Counted from the first letter of the stretch, positions 49,441-60,867 are shown. The stretch is 64,000 bases of DNA from Candidatus Sulfomarinibacteraceae bacterium (GCA_963796455.1 CAWCLO010000001.1:256001-320000), one strand, 5' to 3'. The notes: generated by a model not told the origin, from the letters alone. Program-made: numbers and translations.

Positions 49441-50046
49441 GTGAGACGATCCTGGGCGGTTGCTTGTGTCGCGATGATCTGCGTGCCGGCAGTGCCGGTC
49501 TTCAGTCAGCAAATCTTCTCCAACGGTTTCGAGGATGCCAGCATCTGCGCCTGGACCAACGCGGATCAGACGGACGAAGACGAAGACCTCGTCAAAATCT
49601 GCCAATTCGACTGCGATGATCAAGACGCCGATATCAAACCCGGCGGAACCGATCTTTGCGGCGACGGCAAGGATAATGACTGCACCGGCTTTGCCGATGA
49701 GGCCTGCTGCCATCCCCTGCTCCAGGACTGTGGTGGTACCGAAGCCTGCTACTACAACATTTTCAACAACGGCTTCGCATGCGGAAATCCTTCTGGGAAT
49801 CCTCCCGGCCAACAGGAAGACCCCTGCCAGTTCATCAATGGCTGCGCCGAAGGATTCGGCTGCACTCTGTGCATCCCACCCAATTGCGACGTGCCCCAGG
49901 ATCTGGTCTGCGCCAGATTCTGTGATCTGGCCGGCAACGACTGCGATTTCGGGGAAACCTGTCTGCGGTATGACCAGTGGTGGGGCGACCTGGATCCCGC
50001 ACCGGACGATTTCGGGATGTGCGTCGCCGACGCGATCATCCCCTGA
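49441..50046 (+). CDS. Secreted Cys-rich protein with DCDD..P..C.DG.DNDC (MopE-like metal-binding) repeat
   Basis: GGAGGA RBS, GTG start, signal peptide, many Cys; IFSNGFE motif right after signal. Confidence 0.8.
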   Translation: MRRSWAVACVAMICVPAVPVFSQQIFSNGFEDASICAWTNADQTDEDEDLVKICQFDCDDQDADIKPGGTDLCGDGKDNDCTGFADEACCHPLLQDCGGTEACYYNIFNNGFACGNPSGNPPGQQEDPCQFINGCAEGFGCTLCIPPNCDVPQDLVCARFCDLAGNDCDFGETCLRYDQWWGDLDPAPDDFGMCVADAIIP

Positions 50047-50082
50047 TCGGGAACTACCACCACTCGAGATCCGGACAGCTTT

Positions 50083-52734
50083 TCAGGGTGTCGCGGCCCA
50101 TTCGGTAGCATCGCCGCTTTCGAAGTCATCAAAAAATATGACCCCGCCATCGCCGAGGCGGCCGACGATCACGTCCCGATCGGTGCCCAGGAGACCACCC
50201 ACCGTGTCGTCAGACTCCCAGGCAAAAAAGACCGTACCCGCCGGGTCCACCACAATGGCCGGACCGACGTCGTCTCCTGCATCGGCGAAGGCGTTGGCGT
50301 TCACCAGACCGACACCCACGTCAGAGGGCAACGACGAGGATCTCGAAACGCTGGCGTGAAAAATATCGATATCACTCCCTGCCGCTCCCAACCCGAGCCC
50401 ATCATCGCTCTGCCATGCGACGTCGATAGCGTCCTCGCCCACAACCATTACGGGGGCGAAGTCCTCCCCGCTGTCGAGGCCGAAGTGATCGAGAAAAAGA
50501 AAAGCCGGTTGCCAACCGGTGGCCGCCTTCTCGGAGCCCGGCGGATCACGTTTTGCGATGTAGAGGTCGTAGTCGCTCCCGGCGCCACCCGCATCATAGG
50601 TGCTGGTCCAAACGGCGTAGATTTCGCCATCCGGCGCCAGCGCCACGCGCGGCGTGTCGTCGGGCGACGAATCGGTTTCGCCGTAGTCGTTGACCAGTTC
50701 CGCCGTGGTCCAGACGCCGCCTTCGCGCCGTGACCAGAAAACATCGGTGTCTGAACCCGCGCCGACATGGTCCGCCCACGAATTCCAGACTAAATGAGCG
50801 GTCCCACCCGGTTCCACCGCGAGATCGAATGAACCGGGGTTCCAATCGGTGGCCGATGGAACGGTCGGAATCTCGGCGAGCCCCCACCCCATTCCGCTTC
50901 GCCGGGCATAGGCCAACTGGCCGGAGATGGTGCTGGTCATCCGATACCAGGCGACATGCAGATTCCCGTAAGCATCAATCTCGATGCGCGGACCGATGTC
51001 ATCGGCTGTGTCGGATGTCCCGGAGGCATGGACCAGTTCGGGGACCGACCAGATTCCGGTGTCGTCGGTCCAGGCATAGAAGATGTCGGCGTCGGTCCCG
51101 GAGTTTCCGGTGATATCGTGCTCACTCGACCACACCGCGTGCAAGAGACCGTTCGGATCCACAGCGATGTCCGGGTCATCGTCGGCACCATCGGACCCCA
51201 ACATCCCGCTGGTGTTGACCAGTTGCTGGTAATCGAAAACGCCGTCGTGGTAAGCGACGTGGTAGATATCCCTATCTGATCCTGTTGAGAGGCCGCCGCC
51301 CGAGTTATCACTCGCCCAGATCAGATGCACCACGCCACCACGTTCCGCCAGACGGACGCGACCGTCAAAATCGCTGTCGTTAGGTGCCCAGTCGGCGGCC
51401 TTGAAGGGCCGGTGATACCCGCGACGCGTCCCAATCGCATGGAACAGATCACGGTCGCTCCCCAACGTACCTCCGACATCGTCCGTGCTGTTCCACATCG
51501 CGCTCAGCACATGATTCGAAGCACAGCGAAGCTCGACATCCTGATCATCCTCTCCGGGGTTGTCAAAGATACCGTTGAGACCCAGATAGGCGATCGGTGA
51601 CCATTGTGACCCCACCGTTCCGTTATGGGAGTAGTAGGTGTCGAGGTCGGTGCCGCTGAAAAAATCGACGTTGCTCTGCCACGCCACGTGCAGCACCCCA
51701 CCCGGTTCGACGCAGATCGACGGCCGCACATCGTCGCTTGAACCATCGGTCGCGGCGGTGCTGTTGACGACATATGGACCCAGGGCGGTCGCGCCGTTTC
51801 GAGTCACCTTGTGTTTGATGTCGTAGTCGATGCCGACGCCTCCGGTGTCGTCCTTCGAGGCCCATACATAATGAGTCTCCAGCAGGGCACCTTTGCCATA
51901 ACTCGCCACCGATGGATACCGGTTCTCAGTCGAGGTGTCACTGACCAAAACTCCCTTGAAACCACCTCCGCCGTCAGCCGCAAACTCTCCGGCGACGATG
52001 AAATGGTTGTTTACGGGCGGAGAGATTTTCTCCCAGGCCGCGACGACCTTCCCTCCTGCGGTCGTTGCCAGCGCGACCGGGCCGACTGCCGGGCCGTCAT
52101 AAACCAGTGCATTACCCCAATTCGACTCCGATCTGACCCGCCAATACAAACCGGGATTGGTGCCGTTCTCGTACTGCCAGAGAGCAATGACGGCACCATC
52201 GCCGCTGACTGCGAGGTTTGGCATCGTTTCGTTGTTCCACGCCGAAAGGTTGTCGGTCGTCGCGCTGCTGTTGACTGGCTCGACGGTGCCCCATCCGGAA
52301 ACAGGATCGAGCTGCCGATAAAATATGTCCCAGTCGGTGCCGGCGCCGTTGAAATCGTGCTGGCTCTGCCAGATGCAGTGAAGGGATCCGTCCTCTGCGA
52401 TCGCCAGCCTGGGTCGCTCATCAACATCGCTGTCAGTGGTCGCCCACGAGTTCACGGCGATCGGCGCGCTCCAGCCGGCGCCGGAATTCGTTGAATAGAG
52501 GATGTCCGGATCAGAATCGCCGATTCCCGGATAGGGGTTCGACGACGCCCACACGACATGCATCGTCCCGTCATCCGCGATCACGTGGGAGGCAAAAAGA
52601 TCTTCACCCGGATCGACGTCGGCAAAAGGATTGACGACCCCCGGAGGAAAAAACTGGGCTGCCGCCGGAGCTGCAAGGAATGTCATGACCGCAAGGAATA
52701 TGAATCTCGCCCACACCTGGCGGCGTCGTGTCAT
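50083..52734 (-). CDS. Large secreted acidic repeat (beta-propeller-like) protein
   Basis: Many ~60-aa repeats G.LH.VW.S...D.DIFY...W...VN; C-terminal IFFDDFESGDATEW; start may be 52791. Confidence 0.8.
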   Translation of the reverse strand: MTRRRQVWARFIFLAVMTFLAAPAAAQFFPPGVVNPFADVDPGEDLFASHVIADDGTMHVVWASSNPYPGIGDSDPDILYSTNSGAGWSAPIAVNSWATTDSDVDERPRLAIAEDGSLHCIWQSQHDFNGAGTDWDIFYRQLDPVSGWGTVEPVNSSATTDNLSAWNNETMPNLAVSGDGAVIALWQYENGTNPGLYWRVRSESNWGNALVYDGPAVGPVALATTAGGKVVAAWEKISPPVNNHFIVAGEFAADGGGGFKGVLVSDTSTENRYPSVASYGKGALLETHYVWASKDDTGGVGIDYDIKHKVTRNGATALGPYVVNSTAATDGSSDDVRPSICVEPGGVLHVAWQSNVDFFSGTDLDTYYSHNGTVGSQWSPIAYLGLNGIFDNPGEDDQDVELRCASNHVLSAMWNSTDDVGGTLGSDRDLFHAIGTRRGYHRPFKAADWAPNDSDFDGRVRLAERGGVVHLIWASDNSGGGLSTGSDRDIYHVAYHDGVFDYQQLVNTSGMLGSDGADDDPDIAVDPNGLLHAVWSSEHDITGNSGTDADIFYAWTDDTGIWSVPELVHASGTSDTADDIGPRIEIDAYGNLHVAWYRMTSTISGQLAYARRSGMGWGLAEIPTVPSATDWNPGSFDLAVEPGGTAHLVWNSWADHVGAGSDTDVFWSRREGGVWTTAELVNDYGETDSSPDDTPRVALAPDGEIYAVWTSTYDAGGAGSDYDLYIAKRDPPGSEKAATGWQPAFLFLDHFGLDSGEDFAPVMVVGEDAIDVAWQSDDGLGLGAAGSDIDIFHASVSRSSSLPSDVGVGLVNANAFADAGDDVGPAIVVDPAGTVFFAWESDDTVGGLLGTDRDVIVGRLGDGGVIFFDDFESGDATEWAATP

Positions 52735-52892
52735 TTCCGAGATGATGCCTGTTACCCACCGATTCTCGGGGTCAAAAAGAAAGAAACTCATGCTCCGCCT
52801 CCCGTCTCTGCAACTCGATTCGACCGCTTGTGTGTGATGTCGTCCGGAATTCTACCAGTAGACAAAATAATTTTTGCGATTTTTGATCGAAT

Positions 52893-52917
52893 TATGAGAA
52901 GAGTACTCATTCTCATA
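52893..52917. promoter_or_regulatory. Palindromic putative operator in AT-rich divergent promoter region
   Basis: TATGAGAA-GAGTACTC-A-TTCTCATA; TTGACA ~10 bp downstream. Confidence 0.5.
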
Positions 52918-53052
52918 CAAAAATCATTGACAAAGCCAACTGAGTGTCGGAAATTGTTTGGCAACAACGACACAGTTGTCGGTATTCACACGTTCATCGT
53001 CCAGTTCCAGAACCGGCGTTTCGCGTGCGACAAAAACCAAGGAGGTGGAGCA

Positions 53053-54431
53053 GTGAGGCACAAACTGTTCACGACATTGGCGTTTTTTGATCTTCGACGG
53101 CCCGCTACCGGTATCGGACGGGCCGCCGCCTGCGGGGTGCTCTGCCTGATGGTTGCCATGGTTTGCGCCTCGCCCGCCGCGGCCCAGGAAAAATCCTGGT
53201 GGCACAATGAACTCAGGCTGAATCTGGTCAACGCCAACCCCTGGATCACCGCGATCCACCCCGACAGCGGTTGGCAGCTGACCATCGACATGCAGGCAAA
53301 AAACCGCGAACTCCTCGGTATCGGGGTCGAGTGGTTCCCCCTTATTTCCCGAAAACCGACAAAAGAGGATTCCTGCTCTTTGACGACCCGGATCACTGTC
53401 CTTCGTTCATCCCGTTTGGTGGACAGTATCTGGACCTTCTCACACCTACTATTGCGCCGGCACGCCAGATCCGCGAACTCCCGGACTGCGTCCCTCCCGA
53501 CTGGCGACCGACTCTGCTGAGCGAGGGGATCGACCCTTGCGGCGGGTCCGTTCCCGAGTCGCTGATCGAAAGTTTACTCTGGACGAAGGACGAGACCTGG
53601 GTCGAGTTCACTCCCGGTCTGAGCTTGATGGATCCGGTCGGTACCGGCACCTTCGTTCCCGTCGAAGACACCGAGGAAGCAAGGCCGGAGCTCTGGAGTT
53701 GGGGCAGCGGCTGGCAGTTGGCGCCCTCGGTCCCTAACGCTCGGAACGGTCGGTGACGACGTCAGGTACGGAAACTGGCGGCGCATGCCCGGTCTGGTGG
53801 TGGTGGCGGACCACGGACCCGGAGTCCGAATCAATCTTCCCGCAGAGGGCGAGACCGAACCGGCCCCCGACTATTTCGACCTCATCGAACCCCGCGAGGC
53901 GTGGAACTTGGCCGGGTTCTTCCAATCGGCGGCTTACTCACTCATGGGCGGGACCCGCGAGACCTCGTTGATGGCCCACATGAATGTGCCGTACGGAGTT
54001 TTCGCCCCGGTCATCTTGTACGACAACAACATCAGCCTGCCGACCGCCGACGACGCCGGGGTGTTGTGCGGAACGGACGACGCCCTGTATCGCGTGGACG
54101 GTGGGCCCCTCACCTGTTGGGAGGGCGGCAGGCTCGAGCAATCTCGACCCGATCGTCAACGAGATCGTGGTGACCGTGCGGGTCTTCATGCTCGACGGCG
54201 TCGCGCCGGATATCCTCGTCGACATGGATGGCAACGGAAGAATCGACATTCGAGACGCCGAGCTCATGGGCTACGACCCGGTCTCGAACCAGCAGACAAC
54301 CCGATTCACCGAATACTTCGAGATCCATCTGCGACCACTCCTACGATTTTGACGGCGACGGCATCGGCGGCACCTGTGTCGCCGGGCGCACGGCCTGGAG
54401 GTCTGACGCGTCCTCCACGCTGATCGAATAG
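53053..54431 (+). pseudogene. Secreted hypothetical protein gene broken by ~4 frameshifts (or sequencing errors)
   Basis: Signal peptide ..ASPAAAQ; protein-like sequence continues successively in ORFs 52558, 53271, 53785, 53984 and 54228. Confidence 0.6.
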
Positions 54432-54457
54432 ATCTCTGAATTCTTGTCGGCGGGCGA

Positions 54458-57416
54458 CTACTCCAGGTCGCCCGCCAATTTTTTCGCCTTCATGAGATCG
54501 GGCAGTTCTGGGTCGGCATCTCGCCAAATGGAGAGAAAGTCCTTGGCCTGCCCCGCGGCCTTGTCCGGACGACCCATCTCCTGATGCACCTCAGCCAGGA
54601 CCAACTGGGCGCGATTACGATCGAGTTGGAGGTCGAGGCGTGGGTCGGCCGGGTCGAGCGCCTCGCTCGCCTGGCGGGCGGCAGCCAGTGCCTCGGGCAA
54701 TCGCCCAGCCTCGAGATAGGCGGCGGCCAACCCGAGGCGATAGATTGAGTATTCGTAGCCTTCGAGGGTCACGGCGAGCGTCAGTTCCGCAAGTGCCTCG
54801 TCGGTCGCGCCCTCCGAGAGCAATACCATGCCGCGCAGATAGGCAGCGGCCTTGTCCTCGGTCCGATCGGGATCATCCGCGGGCAGCGCACCCTGATTGA
54901 TCAACGCCGCGGTGGCTCGGACCGCATCATGATCTCGTCGATCCAGCTCAAAGACGCCGCGCGCAAACAGGTAGCGGGTCGGAACCCCTGGAGATCGCTT
55001 GATCGCGTTTTCCAGGAGGCGCCGTGCGGCCCGGTTGTCGCCGATTTCCGAGAGACACGAACCGCGGACCGACAGGGCCATGGCCTCGCGAACCTGCTCG
55101 GCCTCGATCTCATCGGACAGACCTGCGAGGGCCGCTTCTGCACCGACGAATCGCCCCTGGCTGCGGAGCACCGAGGCCAGCTCGAAGACGGCGTTGATGC
55201 GGTCGAGGGGCGGGACATTCGGATCTTCCACCAACGTTCTGAGCGTCGCTTCGGCCTGTCGACTCTGCCCCTGAACAGCCTCGACAACGGCCAGGCTCGT
55301 GGCAGCGAGGTAGAAGGTCGGATCCGAGTCGAGGGCCTTTCGATACTCTTCCGCGGCGAGGTCGAATTCTCCCTGTGCCCGGTAGGCATCACCGAGGGAG
55401 TGATGGCCGTTGGCGCTGTCCGGTTCGATCTCGACATAACGCTGAAACGCAATGACCGCACCGGTGTAATCGCCGAGGGCGAGGTGGGCATAACCCATCA
55501 TGCTCTGGACCACGGTGTCATTGGGATCGAGGTCGGCCAGTAGGCGCAGTTCGCCAATCTCCTCGGCATATCGACCTGTGTCGTGGAGAATTCCCGCCAA
55601 CAAATGGCGTGCATCGCCGTCATAGGGGTAGAGCTCCACCAGCCTCCGATACTCTTCGAGGGCATCGTCAAGCCGTGATTCAAACTCTGCCTGGGCGGCG
55701 CGAACATAGCGGGCCTCCCGATCGGTGAGCCGACCCGCCTCGGATGCGGCCCGCCCGATTTCCGTCATCGCCTCATCGCGCCGACCCGTCGCGGCGAGGA
55801 CCCAGGCAAGGCGGTATCGAGCCATCGTGAATTCGGGCGCCAGAGCGAGCGCTTCGACAAAGCTGGTTTCGGCCCGGTCAAAATCCCACGCAGCAAAAGC
55901 ATTCAGACCAAGCAGGTAGGAGCGAAAAGCTTCGGGATTGTCGACCACGAAATCGGCCGAGAAGATGTCCACCGAGTCTTCGGGGGGCAGACCGAGACCC
56001 TTGCGCGCTGCGGCGGCCACCTCGTCGGCACAACTGAGCAGAGACCTCGGGTTGAGGTCATTCACCCGGGTTGCGGCAAGACTCTCACCGGTCGCAGTGT
56101 CGTTGATCCGAGCGGACACCGAGACGCCGGTCTCACCGAGCATGATTTCGCCGGTCACAAGGGCGTCGATCCCGACTTGTGCCGCGGCGGACACAACATC
56201 CGTGCCACTGCCTTCGGCTCCGAGAACCGCCTCCATCCTCGGTCCGGGCATCACCTGGAGCAGACGGCTCCCGGCCAGAGAATCGGTCACGAGTCTCGCG
56301 ATTCCTTCGCCGTACCACTCGTATTCCGGGCTCCCGGTCCGGTTGATGAAGTTCGCCACACCAACTACCTTGGCCGGCGACAGTTTGGAAACAGGGTCTT
56401 CGGTCGAAGGTCGGTGTGGGACCGGCTGAGGGAGAGCGTCCCGCCCACCACCACCCGAGCCCTGCAACCGCGATGACGGCGGCAACCGCGACCGCTGCAA
56501 CAAGGCTGCGCCGATGCCACCCAGGACGGGCATCCCTGGAGCGGCGACCCGGTTCGCCGGAAACCGCCGTCTTTTCCGCATCGTAGCCGGCCCCCGTTAC
56601 CGAGGCGGAGGTATCGACCGCACCAAGATCGGAGAGCATCTGACGCAGACTCGAGTAGCGTTTCTTCGGGTTCCGATCGAGGCAATTCGCGATGGCGAGT
56701 TCCAGGTCCTCGGGCACATCACTTCGGAGTTCGCTCACCGGTTGCAGTTCCTGGGACAAGATGGCAAACATGATCGCGGTCGCGTTGTCGCCTTTGATGG
56801 CACGGGACCCGGTCACCATTTCATAGAGAATCGCGCCCACCGACCAGATATCCGATCGGGCATCGACATCGCCGCCGGTGGCTTGCTCGGGCGACATATA
56901 TGCCGGCGTGCCCATCGTGGCCCCGGTCTGGGTCAGGTGGGTGACATCGCTCAGCTTGGCGAGACCAAAATCGAGGATCTTGACCCCGCCGGGCGACAGG
57001 ATGATGTTTGCAGGTTTGATATCGCGGTGGACGATTCCAGCATCGTGCGCCGCGGCCAGGCCTTCGGCGATCTGAATGGCGATGGCTCGCGCCTGCTCGA
57101 AGGGGATCGGACCGCGGAGGATCCTCTGTTTGATGGTCTCGCCGGGGCAATAGGCCATCGCGATAAACGGCTGTCCGTCGTCGGTTTCGCCGATCTCGAA
57201 CACGGTGCAGATTCTCGAGCTATCGAGCGCCGAGGCGGCTTTCGCCTCGCGCAGAAAGCGCTCGCGCATCTCCGGGTTCTCGCCGAGATCGGTGGGCAGG
57301 AATTTGAGGGCCACAACGCGGTCGAGTTTTTGATCCCGCGCCCGGTACACAACCCCCATGCCTCCCCGACCTAGCCGATCGAGGACCTCGTAATGGGAAA
57401 CTGTCCGCCCTTCCAC
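54458..57416 (-). pseudogene. Ser/Thr kinase - TM - TolB-like/TPR protein, split by one frameshift near 56420
   Basis: GRGGMGVVY, VALKFL, HRDIKPAN, DFGLAK, YMSPEQ, then TM; periplasmic VGVANFINRTG..TPR part is in another frame with no own start. Confidence 0.75.
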
Positions 57417-57492
57417 TGCTGCTCCAGTATAGAGAGTTTCAAGAAAACCGGATGTGAATCCTCAGCCCCCTTGTCAACGTATACTCCTTCAA

Positions 57493-59205
57493 ATGGCATC
57501 CGAACTCGACCGTCGATCATCGAGTGTGCGCACACCGGCACACACCCAGGCAGGCCTCTGTCTACTCCTCGCCTGTGCCCTCTTCATAACCTTCGAAGCC
57601 CAATCAGGGGGGCCCTCGGCCACACCGATCCCGCCGACAGGGTCGCTTTTCTGTTCGGCGGCTGACAGCGTCATCCCCCCGCAAACGAAAATCGGTTCCC
57701 GGACGGTCGAAGAATGGCGGGAAGCGGTTGACCGACACTGGGGCAATGGTGTGGCGACGCCCGAAAAACTCCGGATATTCGATCTCGCGTGGAATGAGCT
57801 CGACCGGGAGTACGGCGCCTTCATGAATCTCGAGGTCGACCTGTCGGGATTGCGGACGCGCTACCGGGAAGAAATTGCCGGTGGGGTCAGCAGGGGCCGC
57901 TTTGCGGCCATCATGAACCACCTTTCACTCCACATGCTGGATGCCCACACGGCGATCATGAACGGGCCCGTCAACTGGAACACCGCCCTGCTGCCCGGAA
58001 CTCCCCTCTTCGTGGTCGGCGGGTGGCGAGACAACTCATATTTCGGTGCCGCATTGACTCCAACCCACGATGGTTCCCTCCTGGTCTACCGGACGGTGCT
58101 CGACCACGCACTCGGACTCGAACCCGGCGACCTCGTGCTCGGTTACGACGGAGTGTTGTGGAAGGATCTCTGGCCTCAACTGGTGGCCGCCGAACTCCCG
58201 ATCCGACTCCAGTGGGTCTGGGGAAGCACGGTGGCGTCGATGGAACATTGCATGCTCATGAGCGCGGGCATGAACTGGCACCTTTTCGACACCATCGAAA
58301 TTCAAAAATACGGCTCCGACGAGATCATCAGCCTGCCGACTGATCTGTTGGTCGGTCAACGAGGGCTGGTCTGGGGAAACGAGCAACTGCCGGTTCCGGG
58401 CGTCGAGATGCCGGACTTCATCAACGAGGACTACATCACCTGGGGAATCATCGACGGCACCCAGATCGGATACATCTACGTGGCTTCGTGGGCCTGGGAG
58501 ACCCAATACCAGATCGCCGCACAGTGGTACGAGGCCCTCGGCGAACTCATGCATCACCACGAGACAACAGGCCTGATCGTCGACTTCCGCCTCAACTACG
58601 GCGGCGACATGCGCCAAGCCCACAGCGGATACACCTATTTGTTCAACGAACGAATCACCGCCGTCGGTTTCGATGTTCGCGGCAGCCCCGATGACCATCT
58701 CGACATGGTGCCGTCGCGCACCCACATCCCCGGAATGTTCACCATCCCCGGAAACCCCGCCACGTTCTATGACAAACCCGTCGCAGTCCTCATCGGCCCG
58801 GGTGCGGTCAGCAACGGCGACTGGGAGTCGCTGCGGATGGGCTTCCACCCGATGGTTCGCAGATTTGGCAAAGCGACCAACGGCGCCTTCACTCTTTCGA
58901 ACTACCCCGATCTCGGCGCTGATTGGTTTTTTTCAAAGGCCACCGGCAGCGGCTATCTGATCGAGGGACATCACTACCTCGCCCACACCGGTGTACAGCC
59001 CGAGGTCGAGGTGTGGTTGGATCAGGATGGCGTCGCGATGGGAAGGGACACCGTCGTCGCGGCCGCCAGAAACTGGATCGACAGCCGGTGGCGTCGACAG
59101 CCGCGTGGGCGGAGGTTGCTTGGATCACCGGGCTCAGTCGGCGCTCAACTCTCGCGTCACCTTCACGCCTTGTCCACCGGTACCCCGCAGGATTTGACGA
59201 ACTGA
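57493..59205 (+). CDS. S41 family peptidase
   Basis: IGYIYV, LIVDFRLNYGG, KPVAVLIGPGAVSNGD, FGKATNG, GVQPEVEV. Confidence 0.85.
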   Translation: MASELDRRSSSVRTPAHTQAGLCLLLACALFITFEAQSGGPSATPIPPTGSLFCSAADSVIPPQTKIGSRTVEEWREAVDRHWGNGVATPEKLRIFDLAWNELDREYGAFMNLEVDLSGLRTRYREEIAGGVSRGRFAAIMNHLSLHMLDAHTAIMNGPVNWNTALLPGTPLFVVGGWRDNSYFGAALTPTHDGSLLVYRTVLDHALGLEPGDLVLGYDGVLWKDLWPQLVAAELPIRLQWVWGSTVASMEHCMLMSAGMNWHLFDTIEIQKYGSDEIISLPTDLLVGQRGLVWGNEQLPVPGVEMPDFINEDYITWGIIDGTQIGYIYVASWAWETQYQIAAQWYEALGELMHHHETTGLIVDFRLNYGGDMRQAHSGYTYLFNERITAVGFDVRGSPDDHLDMVPSRTHIPGMFTIPGNPATFYDKPVAVLIGPGAVSNGDWESLRMGFHPMVRRFGKATNGAFTLSNYPDLGADWFFSKATGSGYLIEGHHYLAHTGVQPEVEVWLDQDGVAMGRDTVVAAARNWIDSRWRRQPRGRRLLGSPGSVGAQLSRHLHALSTGTPQDLTN

Positions 59206-59229
59206 CGGGGCCTCTCCCGAGTCTCCGGC

Positions 59230-60627
59230 TCAGTGCACCCGAACAGCTCTCTGGATTGGCAATGGTGGATCGAGCGCCTGACCAACCGCGGGCATGGCGT
59301 GGATCTCGCGAACGAGTTCCATTCCCTCGACGACACGTCCAAAGGCGGCGAAACCCTGGCCGTCCGGGTTGCGCCGGCCACCGAAATCGAGTTCGGGTTG
59401 ATCTCCAATGCAGAAGAAGAAGGAGTGGGTCGCGGTATCCGGTCCACCACGCGCCATCGAGATCGAGCCGTCGAGATGCCGGAGCCCGGTCTCACTTGTT
59501 CTTTCGAGGGCGATCGCTTCGTAGCCCTCGTCCTCTCGATCGGGATTCGCACCGCCCTGAATGACGGCAATCCGAATCAGATCGTCGGGCTGGTTTTCGG
59601 CGGTGACCGTACGAAAGAACTCGCCGTCAGAATAAAAACCCTCGAGCACATAGCGAAGGAAATTCTCGGTGGTTGAGGGGGCATTGACCGCGTCCAGTTC
59701 GACGACGATGCTGCCAAGGGAGGTATCGATCTGGATTCGCGGCAAATCGGTGATTGGATATTTGCGCCACACAAAACGGGGCGCGGAGGCCTCATCAAGG
59801 GCATTCAGATGGGCGCGCTCCGCCTCCTCTCGCTCTGCAGGTCGTTGATAACGCCAATCGCCGTCTCCAAAGACCTCTCGGCAAAGATCCGCGAGCGCCG
59901 GATCATAGCTCTCGAGTTCGCTCCGTGTATTGACCGAATTGTGGAGCGAGTCGTTTTCCCGGTTGTCGCCAAACCAGCTCTGGACGGCCTCGGCCCAGTA
60001 CTCCGCCGGGTTGCTGATGGCGTAAGTGCCCCGCCAAAGCCCTGCCTGCACCGCTCCGTCGTAAGCGGCACGCAACCGTGCCTCGAAAGTCGGGTCGATC
60101 TGGTTCAGACCCATCGCGTGAATCGCGTGGGCGAACTCATGGATCAGGATATTTTCGGTCGAATATGGATCCCCGGGGTAGCCGAGAAGGTTTTCCTCGG
60201 CGCAGCTCACGACCGGTGCCTCCGGAGTCGCTCCCAGACCGCGGGCGCGGCGATCCCAGTAGACCGCCGGTTCGAGGTCGGCGTGTTCGGGCACATCGGT
60301 CGTGAACTCGTTCCACGCCATGACCGCGAGCCGGACCTTCTGCTCGGCCATAGCGTCCAGGATGTCCCCTCGTCCACCAAGCATCCGACCGACGATCCAA
60401 CCCGCCTCGAGCATCGCCTCGTCGGAGACCTGGTCCGAGCCCACGACGGGAAACTCGCCGACCATCACGCTCTTGGAATAGAAACTGTCCAATTCGAAGT
60501 TTGACCGCAGGTCGTCAGAGATCTGCCGCACACTCAACTCACTCCCTGGCCCGCCCGATCCGCAAGACACCAAAAAGGTGAGCGTCACTGAAAACCACAG
60601 GAATGCCAACACGCGATGAATTCGCAA
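59230..60627 (-). CDS. Lipoprotein: HExxH zinc peptidase-like domain fused to cyclophilin-type PPIase
   Basis: Lipobox LVSC; RARGLGA..ENILIHEFAH..EYWAE; then APSTTENF, FFR, QGG, ISMAR, FAAFGRVVEG. Confidence 0.85.
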   Translation of the reverse strand: MRIHRVLAFLWFSVTLTFLVSCGSGGPGSELSVRQISDDLRSNFELDSFYSKSVMVGEFPVVGSDQVSDEAMLEAGWIVGRMLGGRGDILDAMAEQKVRLAVMAWNEFTTDVPEHADLEPAVYWDRRARGLGATPEAPVVSCAEENLLGYPGDPYSTENILIHEFAHAIHAMGLNQIDPTFEARLRAAYDGAVQAGLWRGTYAISNPAEYWAEAVQSWFGDNRENDSLHNSVNTRSELESYDPALADLCREVFGDGDWRYQRPAEREEAERAHLNALDEASAPRFVWRKYPITDLPRIQIDTSLGSIVVELDAVNAPSTTENFLRYVLEGFYSDGEFFRTVTAENQPDDLIRIAVIQGGANPDREDEGYEAIALERTSETGLRHLDGSISMARGGPDTATHSFFFCIGDQPELDFGGRRNPDGQGFAAFGRVVEGMELVREIHAMPAVGQALDPPLPIQRAVRVH

Positions 60628-60637
60628 GACCCCTCCA

Positions 60638-60672
60638 GAAATCCGAAATCCGAAATCCGAAATCCGAAATCC
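60638..60672 (+). repeat. 5x GAAATCC heptamer array between divergent starts
   Basis: Read directly. Confidence 0.95.
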
Positions 60673-60693
60673 AACAAATGCTACCATCCCGGA

Positions 60694-60816
60694 ATGTCAT
60701 TCGTTCTGCTCTACATCGTGATCGGCATTGTCGTCTTCTACCTTGTGGCAGGCGTCCTGCGCTGGCTCCGGCAGGAATTTCAGCCGGACACGGATCGAAA
60801 AAAAGACAGCAGGTGA
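60694..60816 (+). CDS. Small single-TM protein (40 aa)
   Basis: MSFVLLYIVIGIVVFYLVAGVLRWLRQEF..; TG-C-TACCAT 6 nt before ATG. Confidence 0.55.
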   Translation: MSFVLLYIVIGIVVFYLVAGVLRWLRQEFQPDTDRKKDSR

Positions 60817-60867
60817 GTGACCGCGCTCATTCTCAAACCCTCTGATCGACGCTAACCTTGTTGCATC

